From IMG/VR virus record IMGVR_UViG_3300020473_002200, positions 1 through 64,000 of that record: a stretch of 64,000 nucleotides of DNA; one strand, given 5' to 3'. The stretch is from a virus. This document shows positions 50,764 through 59,297 of the stretch, in pieces. The notes beneath the pieces are model-generated. The model did no database searches. It saw only the letters and a list, made by a program, of their open reading frames with translations, and was not told where the DNA came from. The position numbers and the translations under genes were made by a program. Each line of letters begins with the position of its first letter. The stretch's first letter is position 1.

Positions 50764-53076
50764 ATGGCGAAAAAGGAAGATATCAAATATAGTTTTGACG
50801 GTATTTCTGCAAAGTTTTCGAAAGCAGTAGTAATTGCAATTTCAAAGCCCCCTAAGTGGAGATCACCGCTCAGCTCTGATGGTACAAATGACGAATTATT
50901 TGACGTAAAAAATTTAAATTTTGAAAATGTCTTTGTGTATAATTTCTATACTCAAGATGAAAGAACAAAGTATAATTTTAGGAATTCAACATTTAATGAA
51001 AGCCCAGATGGCTTGGTCGATAATATTTTGGTCGATAAGACAATTAGAGACATTACTGGTAAAAAGATTAGGGGTAGATCTCACATTTCTGAAGTGACTA
51101 GTAATATGATACCTTCCTACATAAGACTTTCGTGGGAGCCGCCTCCTGGATTTACCCATAATAGTAGGATTGCAGACAAATCTAGAATAGATGCCTTTAA
51201 GTATCTGGCTGGGTTATCTAGGGCACCAAAGGGCCAGACATATGAAATAGACCCTGTTTCTAGAGAAAATTTTGAATTACAACAACAGGACTATGTGCGA
51301 GCAACGAACGAGTATCTGGATATGTTCAGCTTTGATCCGGATGGATCATCTGTGAATAATTGGTTCGCAGAAGAAATAGACTCTACTCATTTCCAGAGAA
51401 GGATGGATTTTTTATATCAGGAAATTGTTAGCCCAGAAAAACATTATAAGAATTTTTCTGGACCTGGGGTCGGTACTGGCGAAGATCCCAATATAGGTGA
51501 AAACATACTAGACAGTACAGCTGATGAATTCAATAATACATCGATGGCGGAAGAACACTCTGTAGTGCAAGTGTACGATAGTGCTCTATTAGAAGATCTA
51601 AACTTTCCTTCTTGGGATAGGGCTTTGCCAGAGGACACAACTATAGTATTAAATACAGATTGGGCGTGGTCAATCGCTGGTGCTTCATCTAAAGCTTCTG
51701 GAATGCTGCTGGGGATGCAGACAAGGGTTAGAAATATAAAGTATTGGCAAGAAGTCTTGATTAAGTCTGGGACAGGTAAAATTGCACAGGTAGATTTTGA
51801 TAATATACTAAAACCAACCGGTAGAGCCGCTGGGCCGCTTGAGCAAATAGTTGAAAATTCATTTCCATATGACATAGAGGATTTAAATAGGCATGCCGGC
51901 CAAACTGATTTAGATTTTAAGCTCGTTGGTTTTGTGATAGAGAAAACGCAACGCGTAGAAACTGAGAAGACTGAGAGAAAGCCCGAAGGTGAGCAAGACG
52001 AAGTGCAGTGGGCATACGAAAAGTTCCCATTAATTTTTGTACCTTGTAACCCAAATAACATAGTGACTAGTCATATAGACGCAGCAGTTAATTATGATAA
52101 AGAGTATGACTATACAATCAGGGCGGTTTTTTCTTTTAGTTTGAACGTTCCTGTTGAGGTTGATGGAGCTATTAAGAATTTAACATTTCATTATTTTTTA
52201 AATTCTCCACATTCAACAATCCTAACAGTAGAGACACGAGAAGTTCAACCTCCTCCTTATCCTCGCGATGTTTGGGCTTTTCATGAATACTATACTGGCG
52301 ACGATGGTGCTCTAGCTCTACACTGGGCATTTCCCGTTAATAAGCAAAGAGATGTAACATACTTTGCAGTCTTTCGTAGAAGCTCGATATACGAGCCATT
52401 TCGACTATTACGAGTATACGATTTTAATTACTCTATCTCTAGTCCAGAGCAAAGTGCGGCAGAAATAAAAGCAAGAATATACGGGCATTCTCCTGGAGAC
52501 TTTAATTTTTTTAATGAAGGTGAAAACGACACGAGGGGAAAAATAAAGCGCCTTCGGCCAGGCGAAGTTAACACCATGTTCAAAGACAAGGAATTTAAAC
52601 CAAACACAGACTATATATACGCTGTTTGTGCAATAGACGCTCACGGTCAAATGTCAAACTATAGCGCTCAACTTAAGGTTCGTTTAGACAGTAGGTTATA
52701 CAAATTAGACATAAGACAGATATCACCTCCTGGTGCACCGCTGGTATTACCTAACTTTTTTATAAAGACAAAGGCATTTGAGGATGTTGCGAGGACAGCG
52801 AATTATAGGAAAGCGACATTGCGTTTTCGTCCTGATTATAAGTCTGTGAAGGTCAATAACGCTGTTAAGAAATTAGTTCATGGAATTGATGAAAGACCAG
52901 ACGCAGGTGGGGATGAATCTAATTGTTATTTTTTGCAAATAATAAATCCTGATCGCGCAAATGATATCGTACTAAGATATCAAATTAATGATAAGCTAGA
53001 ATTAGAAAATGATGAAGAAACGCTGGCCGTTGTAGCACACTTGGCTGGCCTACCAAAGAACAATTTAAAGACTTAA
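50764..53076 (+). CDS. Structural protein with fibronectin type III-like domains
   Basis: YIRLSWEPP...VGFVIEK...HIDAAVNYDKEYDYTIRAV and PPPYPRDV...LALHW.FP...YFAVFRR...FKD...KPNTDYIYAVCAID.HG.MSNYS are FN3-type signatures. Confidence 0.65.
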   Translation: MAKKEDIKYSFDGISAKFSKAVVIAISKPPKWRSPLSSDGTNDELFDVKNLNFENVFVYNFYTQDERTKYNFRNSTFNESPDGLVDNILVDKTIRDITGKKIRGRSHISEVTSNMIPSYIRLSWEPPPGFTHNSRIADKSRIDAFKYLAGLSRAPKGQTYEIDPVSRENFELQQQDYVRATNEYLDMFSFDPDGSSVNNWFAEEIDSTHFQRRMDFLYQEIVSPEKHYKNFSGPGVGTGEDPNIGENILDSTADEFNNTSMAEEHSVVQVYDSALLEDLNFPSWDRALPEDTTIVLNTDWAWSIAGASSKASGMLLGMQTRVRNIKYWQEVLIKSGTGKIAQVDFDNILKPTGRAAGPLEQIVENSFPYDIEDLNRHAGQTDLDFKLVGFVIEKTQRVETEKTERKPEGEQDEVQWAYEKFPLIFVPCNPNNIVTSHIDAAVNYDKEYDYTIRAVFSFSLNVPVEVDGAIKNLTFHYFLNSPHSTILTVETREVQPPPYPRDVWAFHEYYTGDDGALALHWAFPVNKQRDVTYFAVFRRSSIYEPFRLLRVYDFNYSISSPEQSAAEIKARIYGHSPGDFNFFNEGENDTRGKIKRLRPGEVNTMFKDKEFKPNTDYIYAVCAIDAHGQMSNYSAQLKVRLDSRLYKLDIRQISPPGAPLVLPNFFIKTKAFEDVARTANYRKATLRFRPDYKSVKVNNAVKKLVHGIDERPDAGGDESNCYFLQIINPDRANDIVLRYQINDKLELENDEETLAVVAHLAGLPKNNLKT

Positions 53077-53160
53077 TTTTGGTTCTATGGGGTGGTACAT
53101 TAAAATTTTACTGTTTTTTGTGCCTAAGTATATTTAGAAAGTATAAATCAGGAGAAAAAT

Positions 53161-53922
53161 ATGGGATTTTTAGATCACAGCACCAACAATATTATAGTAG
53201 ATGCTGTTTTAACTGATTTGGGCAGAAAGAGGCTATCACAAAACGATGGTTCATTTTCAATTGTAAAATTTGCCTTAGGTGATGATGAAATTGACTATGA
53301 GATAATCAAAAAGTTTGGGTTGACAGTTGGGCGTGAAAAGATTGAGAAAAATACGCCTATTTTTGAAGCACAAACCAGTTCAAATTTAGGGTTAAAATAT
53401 AAATTGCTGAGTATGTCAAGTCAGGTCGAGACATTTATCCCTAGTCTTGTAAACACCGGTGCGAGTAATGCAACGTCGACAGTCTTTACGGGCGCTAGCG
53501 CATTAACAAGAACACCTATGAATGAAATTGTTGTAAATCTATCTCAAACAATAGGTTCTGGTGGAGATATACAAGGCGGCTCTATTCCGATTGATTTACA
53601 AGAATCTGTTTTTATGATAAAGGCCTCAAATAGATTTCTGACAGTAGGGACAGGTGCGGGTGTATTACCAGCAGCTTATATTTCTGAAAGAGATCAGATG
53701 AGTACCTATAGGGTTTCAGCGAATGTTTCACGCGCCACCGGAGACAGTAGCAATTCTGCTACTCCGGGTCTATCAATTACACTTCGAGCCAAGACCAGTT
53801 TGAATCAGACTGTGTTTAATACGTTCGGTGATTCAGAGGGCGTAATAACGACTGTTGTAGTAGTCACAGGGTTGTTAACTGGAATTCAGCACCATATTAC
53901 CGTACCCTTAAAGTATAGTTAA
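53161..53922 (+). CDS. Baseplate/collar protein carrying the N-terminal half of a P2 gpH-like (DUF3751) collar domain
   Basis: VDAVLTDLGRKRLSQNDGSFSIVKFALGDDEIDY resembles the gpH N-terminal pattern LT..G...LA......I..(M/F)A.GD. SD GGAG at 53151-53154. Confidence 0.6.
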   Translation: MGFLDHSTNNIIVDAVLTDLGRKRLSQNDGSFSIVKFALGDDEIDYEIIKKFGLTVGREKIEKNTPIFEAQTSSNLGLKYKLLSMSSQVETFIPSLVNTGASNATSTVFTGASALTRTPMNEIVVNLSQTIGSGGDIQGGSIPIDLQESVFMIKASNRFLTVGTGAGVLPAAYISERDQMSTYRVSANVSRATGDSSNSATPGLSITLRAKTSLNQTVFNTFGDSEGVITTVVVVTGLLTGIQHHITVPLKYS

Positions 53923-53966
53923 TGATGTGCACAGTTTATAGTTTTAAGTTTTAGGGGATTATTTAA

Positions 53967-55316
53967 GTGGCTGTTTTTAAATCTTTGTTGAATAATGATG
54001 TTAAGACTACTAAGTCTATTTTGAATCAGCTGGTAGACATTGTAAGAGAAGATGTCTCAGGTTCAAATTCCAGAAAAAGTTACGAGGTTTTCGTAACATC
54101 TAGTTACGGCCCTGGCGTAACGTCTTCTTTGTATCAAACTGTTTTTGATCAAGACTTTAGTCTTCAAACGTCTAACAGTCTTTTCGATATTACTTTTGGC
54201 TTTTATCCTGAGTCGACCGAAGCCAAGGAGCCTACCACGGCTCCGGGCGCATTTATCACAGAGGATACGGCGGGTAAAAGAAGATATAAGCATACTTCTT
54301 TAATGATGAGAGAAAAGCAGGATATCTATAAGCAGTTTGCGGCAACACTTTTGGGTAATCCCACTGCTGTCTTTAAGGCTCCCTACTCAATGGATACATC
54401 AACAACGGTGGGTAATATCAATGCAGCGCTATTCATAAGTCTTCACAGACTATTTGTACGTGATGGTATAAAGAGGGAAACATTTGCAATGCGAATGAAT
54501 TACCATATAAATAACGCCCTAGGTACCGGAGGGACCTTCACTGATAATTTGTTTCAGATAATGGGTAATACTGAACGAATTTATACTGATTTTGGTTCAT
54601 CAACGAATAGACCTACCGCTGTAGGTGGTGAGGTTGGGAATATTGTTTATGCATCTGATACCAGTCAGGTTGTTGGGCTTATATTCTATGATCACGGCAC
54701 AATAGTTCTGGATGTTGAGAAAGTGTTTTCTAAAACAGACATAGGTCATGGCAAAATAGACGCCATGACAGCTGCTGCGTCTTCTGGCTCTGCTGGTAGC
54801 GTATATAGCGCTGCCGGCGCAATACCAAGAGGTAAAGCCTTGTTCGGTCCTCCGCTTAAGACAGCTGGTGGAGCCCTTACATTCGGTGCAAATGGACCGG
54901 GTGATGCAACAATCCCAGCATCTGCTATTACTGCAGGTGGTACTATGTGGCCATATTTTTGGACGTCTGGTTCAATTGACAATATTGTTGATCACATATG
55001 TGTAACAAGATTTGGTAGTGATGCTGGTACAGCAATTACGTTCCAAAATGCAACAGAGATAAATTCTACGATTTACTTTATTAGAGCGCAACCTGACGAA
55101 TTTAATTATTCTTCTAATCCAACGTACGTAGCTTCGAATGGACAGATTATTGTGACAGACGATTCTGTTAACAGTCTTAGTAAGCCATTCTCGTATATCA
55201 CTACGGTGGGCCTTTATGGCGATTATGATGACTTATTGGCTGTCGCAAAGGTTTCTAGGCCAATAGAAAAGAATGATGAAAAAGATCTAACGATCAGAGT
55301 AAGGTTAGATTTCTAA
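53967..55316 (+). CDS. Baseplate/collar protein ending in the C-terminal half of a gpH-like collar domain
   Basis: The C-terminus is YITTVGLYGDYDDLLAVAKVSRPIEKNDEKDLTIRVRLDF (collar-domain pattern E.GL.D..G.L.A.A). GTG start with AGGGG at 53953-53957. Confidence 0.6.
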   Translation: MAVFKSLLNNDVKTTKSILNQLVDIVREDVSGSNSRKSYEVFVTSSYGPGVTSSLYQTVFDQDFSLQTSNSLFDITFGFYPESTEAKEPTTAPGAFITEDTAGKRRYKHTSLMMREKQDIYKQFAATLLGNPTAVFKAPYSMDTSTTVGNINAALFISLHRLFVRDGIKRETFAMRMNYHINNALGTGGTFTDNLFQIMGNTERIYTDFGSSTNRPTAVGGEVGNIVYASDTSQVVGLIFYDHGTIVLDVEKVFSKTDIGHGKIDAMTAAASSGSAGSVYSAAGAIPRGKALFGPPLKTAGGALTFGANGPGDATIPASAITAGGTMWPYFWTSGSIDNIVDHICVTRFGSDAGTAITFQNATEINSTIYFIRAQPDEFNYSSNPTYVASNGQIIVTDDSVNSLSKPFSYITTVGLYGDYDDLLAVAKVSRPIEKNDEKDLTIRVRLDF

Positions 55317-55328
55317 GAAGGGGATAAA

Positions 55329-58300
55329 ATGGCTCTAATCCCTATTCTACCCGAGGACATAAAAGTCAGTTCGGTGAAGGTTCATCCGAATCAGCATTTT
55401 GTTTCGTCTTCTAACGGCGGAATCAAAGGCGACATATTTTTGTTTGCTGAGAGAAGTCAAACCTTAAAAGAAATTACAAGCGAATTAGAAGAATATACTT
55501 TTGATATTAAGTCAACACTTTCCGTAGATGATGCAGGATTGACAATAAGGAAAGATCAAAAAAGGTCTAGACACGATATATCTGGGCTTGTTGATAACTA
55601 CTTTATAAATCTAGGAAAACTAGCTGGCTCTCTTGATAATACCAAAAAACTAATAGTCTATCGTTTTGACATGCCTCATCGCTTTAATGCGAACACAATA
55701 AGAAAATCTGTTTTCATTAAAAATTTGTTACCCTTTTACCAAGGTGAGTATGAAAGACCAATGTCATTTGGGTTTTCAAATTATCATAGCTTAAATTTCT
55801 TTACTTCTTCTGCTGCATTTCCCTCAAACGTTCCTAGCAATACTGCTCTAATTTATCCAATACCCAGTAGTGGTAGCAAACCATCTAGGTATTATCCATC
55901 TGGATCATTTAGCTTTGAATTCTACGTGAACCCTAGATACACTACAGATACGGCGAGCGATGCATATACTCCTGGGACTATAATGCACTTACCGAACTGT
56001 TACGCAGTATCGCTTGTGTCTGGATCTCATAAAGATGAGCTAGGTCGCCCAAGATCATTTAGATTAATGTTACAATTAGGAGATCATTCTGCACTTCCAC
56101 CGTCTAAAGTTTATGTCGATCCAAAAGATGCCGCAACGGGTAGCATCTCTACAAGAACATTCATTTCTGCAGACGGATTTTTGGAGAAGGATAGGTGGAG
56201 CTATTGTGCGATTAGATGGGGTGGCCCAACTCAAAATGATTATACTGGAAGCTTTTATATAAATGGTCAAAACGCAGGTAACTTTGTAATTCCAGATACT
56301 GATCTATCGTTTGGCCGTACGGTATTTACAGACGCAAACGACATCCCTTCAGCTTTGCTAATAGGAAATAGGTATAGAGCAAGTAATAATCTAAGCGTAG
56401 ATGATGATGATTTAATCACAGTCGTAGATGGTGCTTCTTATACTCCTGCTGTGCCCAATACCCATGCTTCTGGAAGTTTTAAAATAACATTAACACCAAC
56501 AGCAAACCCAAGTAATAAGATAACCAGAGAAATATTATTTCAAGCGCCAACAGGTAGCGTACCAACAGATATGGTCGCTCTTAATAACAGTTATACACCA
56601 GCCAATAATGTAACAAATTTAAAAAATGCGATTGTTGGTGCAGCAGTAGATCGCACAGGGGATTCTGGTTCAGCAGCAATGGCTACAATAATCTTTACTA
56701 ACGAATTAGCAGCAAATAGTTCTATAACAATTATTAATTCTGCAAATGTTAGCAAGACCTATACAGCTGTTAACGATGGGTCCTCAAATTATAACGATGC
56801 CTCCGGCTCTAAATTTAAGCGTGGAAGTGCTAGTGGAACTGCTTCAGCCAAGGCTGCTATTGCGGCCCAAAGCCTGAAGGAGGCTATAAATGCAGCAGCT
56901 AATAGTTCAGGTGGCGGTCATGGTGGAACTATAGTCGCGACAAGCGCGGCTGGTAGAGTAAATTTAGTTCAAGCGACAAAAGGCATTGGCGGAAATAAAA
57001 ATATTACAACTTCTCCATCTTCAATTACAAATGCAACAGTACCATCTGCATTCACGGGCGGTGTTACTATAATGAATCCTGCTTTAACGGGGTTATCTGC
57101 GCAAATAATAGGTAATGATATTAATCTTACTTATGGCGCCGGTCGAATAGACATTTTTGCATCAAGCTCAGTTCAGATTCCAACGCTGCAAAAGGCTTCG
57201 GAAAGTCATGGTAACTTTCTAACTAGTCTATTTAAGCCATCTTCGCAAAACCCTGTTTACGGTAATTCAAATTCTAGAGCTGCTAAGACTGGGTTTCTTT
57301 TTGATTCTGGATCAGCTGAGACTTTTGGGACCGTAAATTTATTGGGCGACATTACCGATGATGAAAATCTTACCCACTCTTTAGATTCACCTCTTAATGC
57401 AGAGTTGCAGGATATTAGGATTTTTAGTAGGTGGAGAACAGATAGCGAAATTAAGTCGACTGCAGAGACTGGATATTATGATTTTGGTGATAAGCATTTC
57501 TTGTTTTATCTTCCACCCTATTTTGTGCCATCGAGTTCTGTGCGCCAAATGTTGAAAACAGTAACTCAAACGCATTATTCGAGTAGTCATACGCCGTTTA
57601 ATCTTGATCTTTCATTTGGCCAGGGCGGTCGATTATTGAATTTAGAAAATTTTACTTATGATTTAGTAACCGGTACTCAAGCACGTTGCTATAATTTATC
57701 AGCGACCCCTCCTTCTGGGACATGGTCTGATTTTTCTGCTGATGATTTTGACTTTATGCCTGCAAGCGACGCAATTTTACTTAAGCCAGAAAATAGAAAA
57801 AGAAATTTAACAATATTACCAAGCGATCTGGGCCAGCTGAAACCAGGCCTCAGCTTCCTTGATGCTCAAGTGTCTAAAATAACAAATAAGCAATCTGATT
57901 TATTTTTCGTAAATGATCAAAAGCAGCCTGCAAAGGGTATGGTAACACTTAGGGACATGATTTCTATGGGCGCTCAATATAACGAACTTGTTTCTTTTGA
58001 CGAAGAAACTGGAAATATTGACTCTATGGTGGATAGTTTATTCCCAAGTATAGAGGTTGCAATTCCAGTAGACATGGACAAAGACGGTACAGCAGACTTT
58101 AAAGAAATTGCTCACTCTAAAGCGTATGGTCAACAAAGCGCAATCGGGTTAACTGTGCTAAATAGGACCCGCGATGTAAACTCAAGTGAAATTATGTTTT
58201 TGGATATATCTAATATATTCTACGGGGATATGATCAAGCGTGAATCATTTGTTATGCATGATCCATATGTCACTGGGTCTGCAGGTAAGATCAAACTAAC

Positions 58301-58718
58301 ATTTAGGGATAACGGTACCGGTGGTCTATATAGGTGTGACGCTTCTGGTAGTCATCCGACATGGTCTTCTGCTGGAATTATTCTTTATGAAGAGGGTATC
58401 GCGTGCCTAACAAATCCGACAATCCCAGCGTTTGGAGCTCAGCAATTTACAACAACCTTTAAGGGTGATAGAAATTTGCACATTTTGGAAATGAGGGTTC
58501 CAATTGATGCGGAAGAAGCTAAGATTTCTTCAAACCCGACGTACAAAAAATTGTCCCCCACTGATTTACCTTCTGATCGTGAAATTGGGTGTAACTTTAT
58601 TACAAACATGTTCATACATGATGAAAACCTCAACGTAATAGGTAAAGTGAATCTTTCTAGGCCAATAGTCAGAAAAGACGAAGATAGATATGTATTTAAG
58701 TTTAAGATGGACTTCTAA
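55329..58718 (+). CDS. Enlarged paralogue of the 53967 protein with an inserted LamG domain and nested modules
   Basis: It shares IKRE(S/T)F.M, G(I/L)I.Y..G, SSNPTY and the C-terminal FIT...HDENLNVIGKVNLSRPI.......KMDF with the 53967 protein. LamG-like FSFEFYVNPR...WSYCAIRW...FYING...LLIGN...LNAELQDIRIF is present. Confidence 0.65.
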   Translation: MALIPILPEDIKVSSVKVHPNQHFVSSSNGGIKGDIFLFAERSQTLKEITSELEEYTFDIKSTLSVDDAGLTIRKDQKRSRHDISGLVDNYFINLGKLAGSLDNTKKLIVYRFDMPHRFNANTIRKSVFIKNLLPFYQGEYERPMSFGFSNYHSLNFFTSSAAFPSNVPSNTALIYPIPSSGSKPSRYYPSGSFSFEFYVNPRYTTDTASDAYTPGTIMHLPNCYAVSLVSGSHKDELGRPRSFRLMLQLGDHSALPPSKVYVDPKDAATGSISTRTFISADGFLEKDRWSYCAIRWGGPTQNDYTGSFYINGQNAGNFVIPDTDLSFGRTVFTDANDIPSALLIGNRYRASNNLSVDDDDLITVVDGASYTPAVPNTHASGSFKITLTPTANPSNKITREILFQAPTGSVPTDMVALNNSYTPANNVTNLKNAIVGAAVDRTGDSGSAAMATIIFTNELAANSSITIINSANVSKTYTAVNDGSSNYNDASGSKFKRGSASGTASAKAAIAAQSLKEAINAAANSSGGGHGGTIVATSAAGRVNLVQATKGIGGNKNITTSPSSITNATVPSAFTGGVTIMNPALTGLSAQIIGNDINLTYGAGRIDIFASSSVQIPTLQKASESHGNFLTSLFKPSSQNPVYGNSNSRAAKTGFLFDSGSAETFGTVNLLGDITDDENLTHSLDSPLNAELQDIRIFSRWRTDSEIKSTAETGYYDFGDKHFLFYLPPYFVPSSSVRQMLKTVTQTHYSSSHTPFNLDLSFGQGGRLLNLENFTYDLVTGTQARCYNLSATPPSGTWSDFSADDFDFMPASDAILLKPENRKRNLTILPSDLGQLKPGLSFLDAQVSKITNKQSDLFFVNDQKQPAKGMVTLRDMISMGAQYNELVSFDEETGNIDSMVDSLFPSIEVAIPVDMDKDGTADFKEIAHSKAYGQQSAIGLTVLNRTRDVNSSEIMFLDISNIFYGDMIKRESFVMHDPYVTGSAGKIKLTFRDNGTGGLYRCDASGSHPTWSSAGIILYEEGIACLTNPTIPAFGAQQFTTTFKGDRNLHILEMRVPIDAEEAKISSNPTYKKLSPTDLPSDREIGCNFITNMFIHDENLNVIGKVNLSRPIVRKDEDRYVFKFKMDF

Positions 58719-58722
58719 TTAT

Positions 58723-58728
58723 TATAAT
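58723..58728 (+). promoter_or_regulatory. Candidate -10 box (TATAAT) for a leaderless ruvC-like transcript
   Basis: A perfect TATAAT ends 5 nt before ATG 58734, in a 15-nt gap with no SD. The AT-rich context weakens the signal. Confidence 0.35.
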
Positions 58729-58733
58729 TTTTT

Positions 58734-59297
58734 ATGATTTTAGGGCTTGATATATCTACATCCACTATCGGCCTCTGTGTGGTTAATACCACCGGTGCCG
58801 TAACTCTTTTAAATTTTTTAGACTTATCTAAGGAGAAGTCCTTATTTGGTAAAGCAGCAAAATTTAAAATAGCGCTTCAAAAAATCTACAATGATTACTC
58901 AATAAGCGATATTGTTATAGAGGAAAATCTCCAGGCTTTTAGGCCTGGATTATCCAGCGCTAAGACAATAGTCACATTAGCAAGGTTTAACGGAGTCTGT
59001 ACTTATATCGCTTCTGAGGTTTTTGGCATAAATCCAGAGTTTATGAATGTAAATGCAGCAAGAAAGCTAGTCGGCATAAAGATAAATAGAAAATCTAAGA
59101 AGAGCACTAAAGAGCAGATATTAGAGTTTGTGCAAAATAAAGACTCAAGCCTTCAATGGCCAACAAAGGTTTTAAAAAGCGGCCCCAGAAGAGGAAATGT
59201 AATTCTTGTAAAAGAGTGTTATGATATGGCTGATGCATATATCATCGCACAAAGTGCAGTAATACAGGAAGAACATTGTCAAGAACAGAAAAAATAA
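58734..59297 (+). CDS. ruvC: RuvC-like Holliday junction resolvase
   Basis: MILGLDISTSTIGLCVV, IVIEE, LARFNG, NAARKLVG, KEQILEFV and YDMADAYIIA supply the RNase H-fold D, E and D..D catalytic residues. Confidence 0.88.
   Translation: MILGLDISTSTIGLCVVNTTGAVTLLNFLDLSKEKSLFGKAAKFKIALQKIYNDYSISDIVIEENLQAFRPGLSSAKTIVTLARFNGVCTYIASEVFGINPEFMNVNAARKLVGIKINRKSKKSTKEQILEFVQNKDSSLQWPTKVLKSGPRRGNVILVKECYDMADAYIIAQSAVIQEEHCQEQKK

Noticed and set aside
39808-53076. Three consecutive ORFs in the same frame separated only by TAA or TAA-ATA (also 10426-10431), suggesting readthrough or stop-codon recoding
   Set aside because: The stops are TAA, which is not a codon known to be reassigned in phages. Very long ORFs are intact under the standard code, and 10429 has its own SD. 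Shared frame can occur by chance.
2921-57062. Inteins or introns as the explanation for the in-frame insertions
   Set aside because: There are no intein terminal motifs (C/S start with HN-C/S/T end) or homing endonuclease motifs, and the inserts look like structural beta-rich domains.
1-58718. Bacterial extracellular contractile injection system or tailocin locus instead of a phage
   Set aside because: It is directly followed by phage-type resolvase, primase and Mre11-Rad50 genes, with no cellular housekeeping genes. This cannot be fully excluded without the capsid and terminase genes, which are outside the window.
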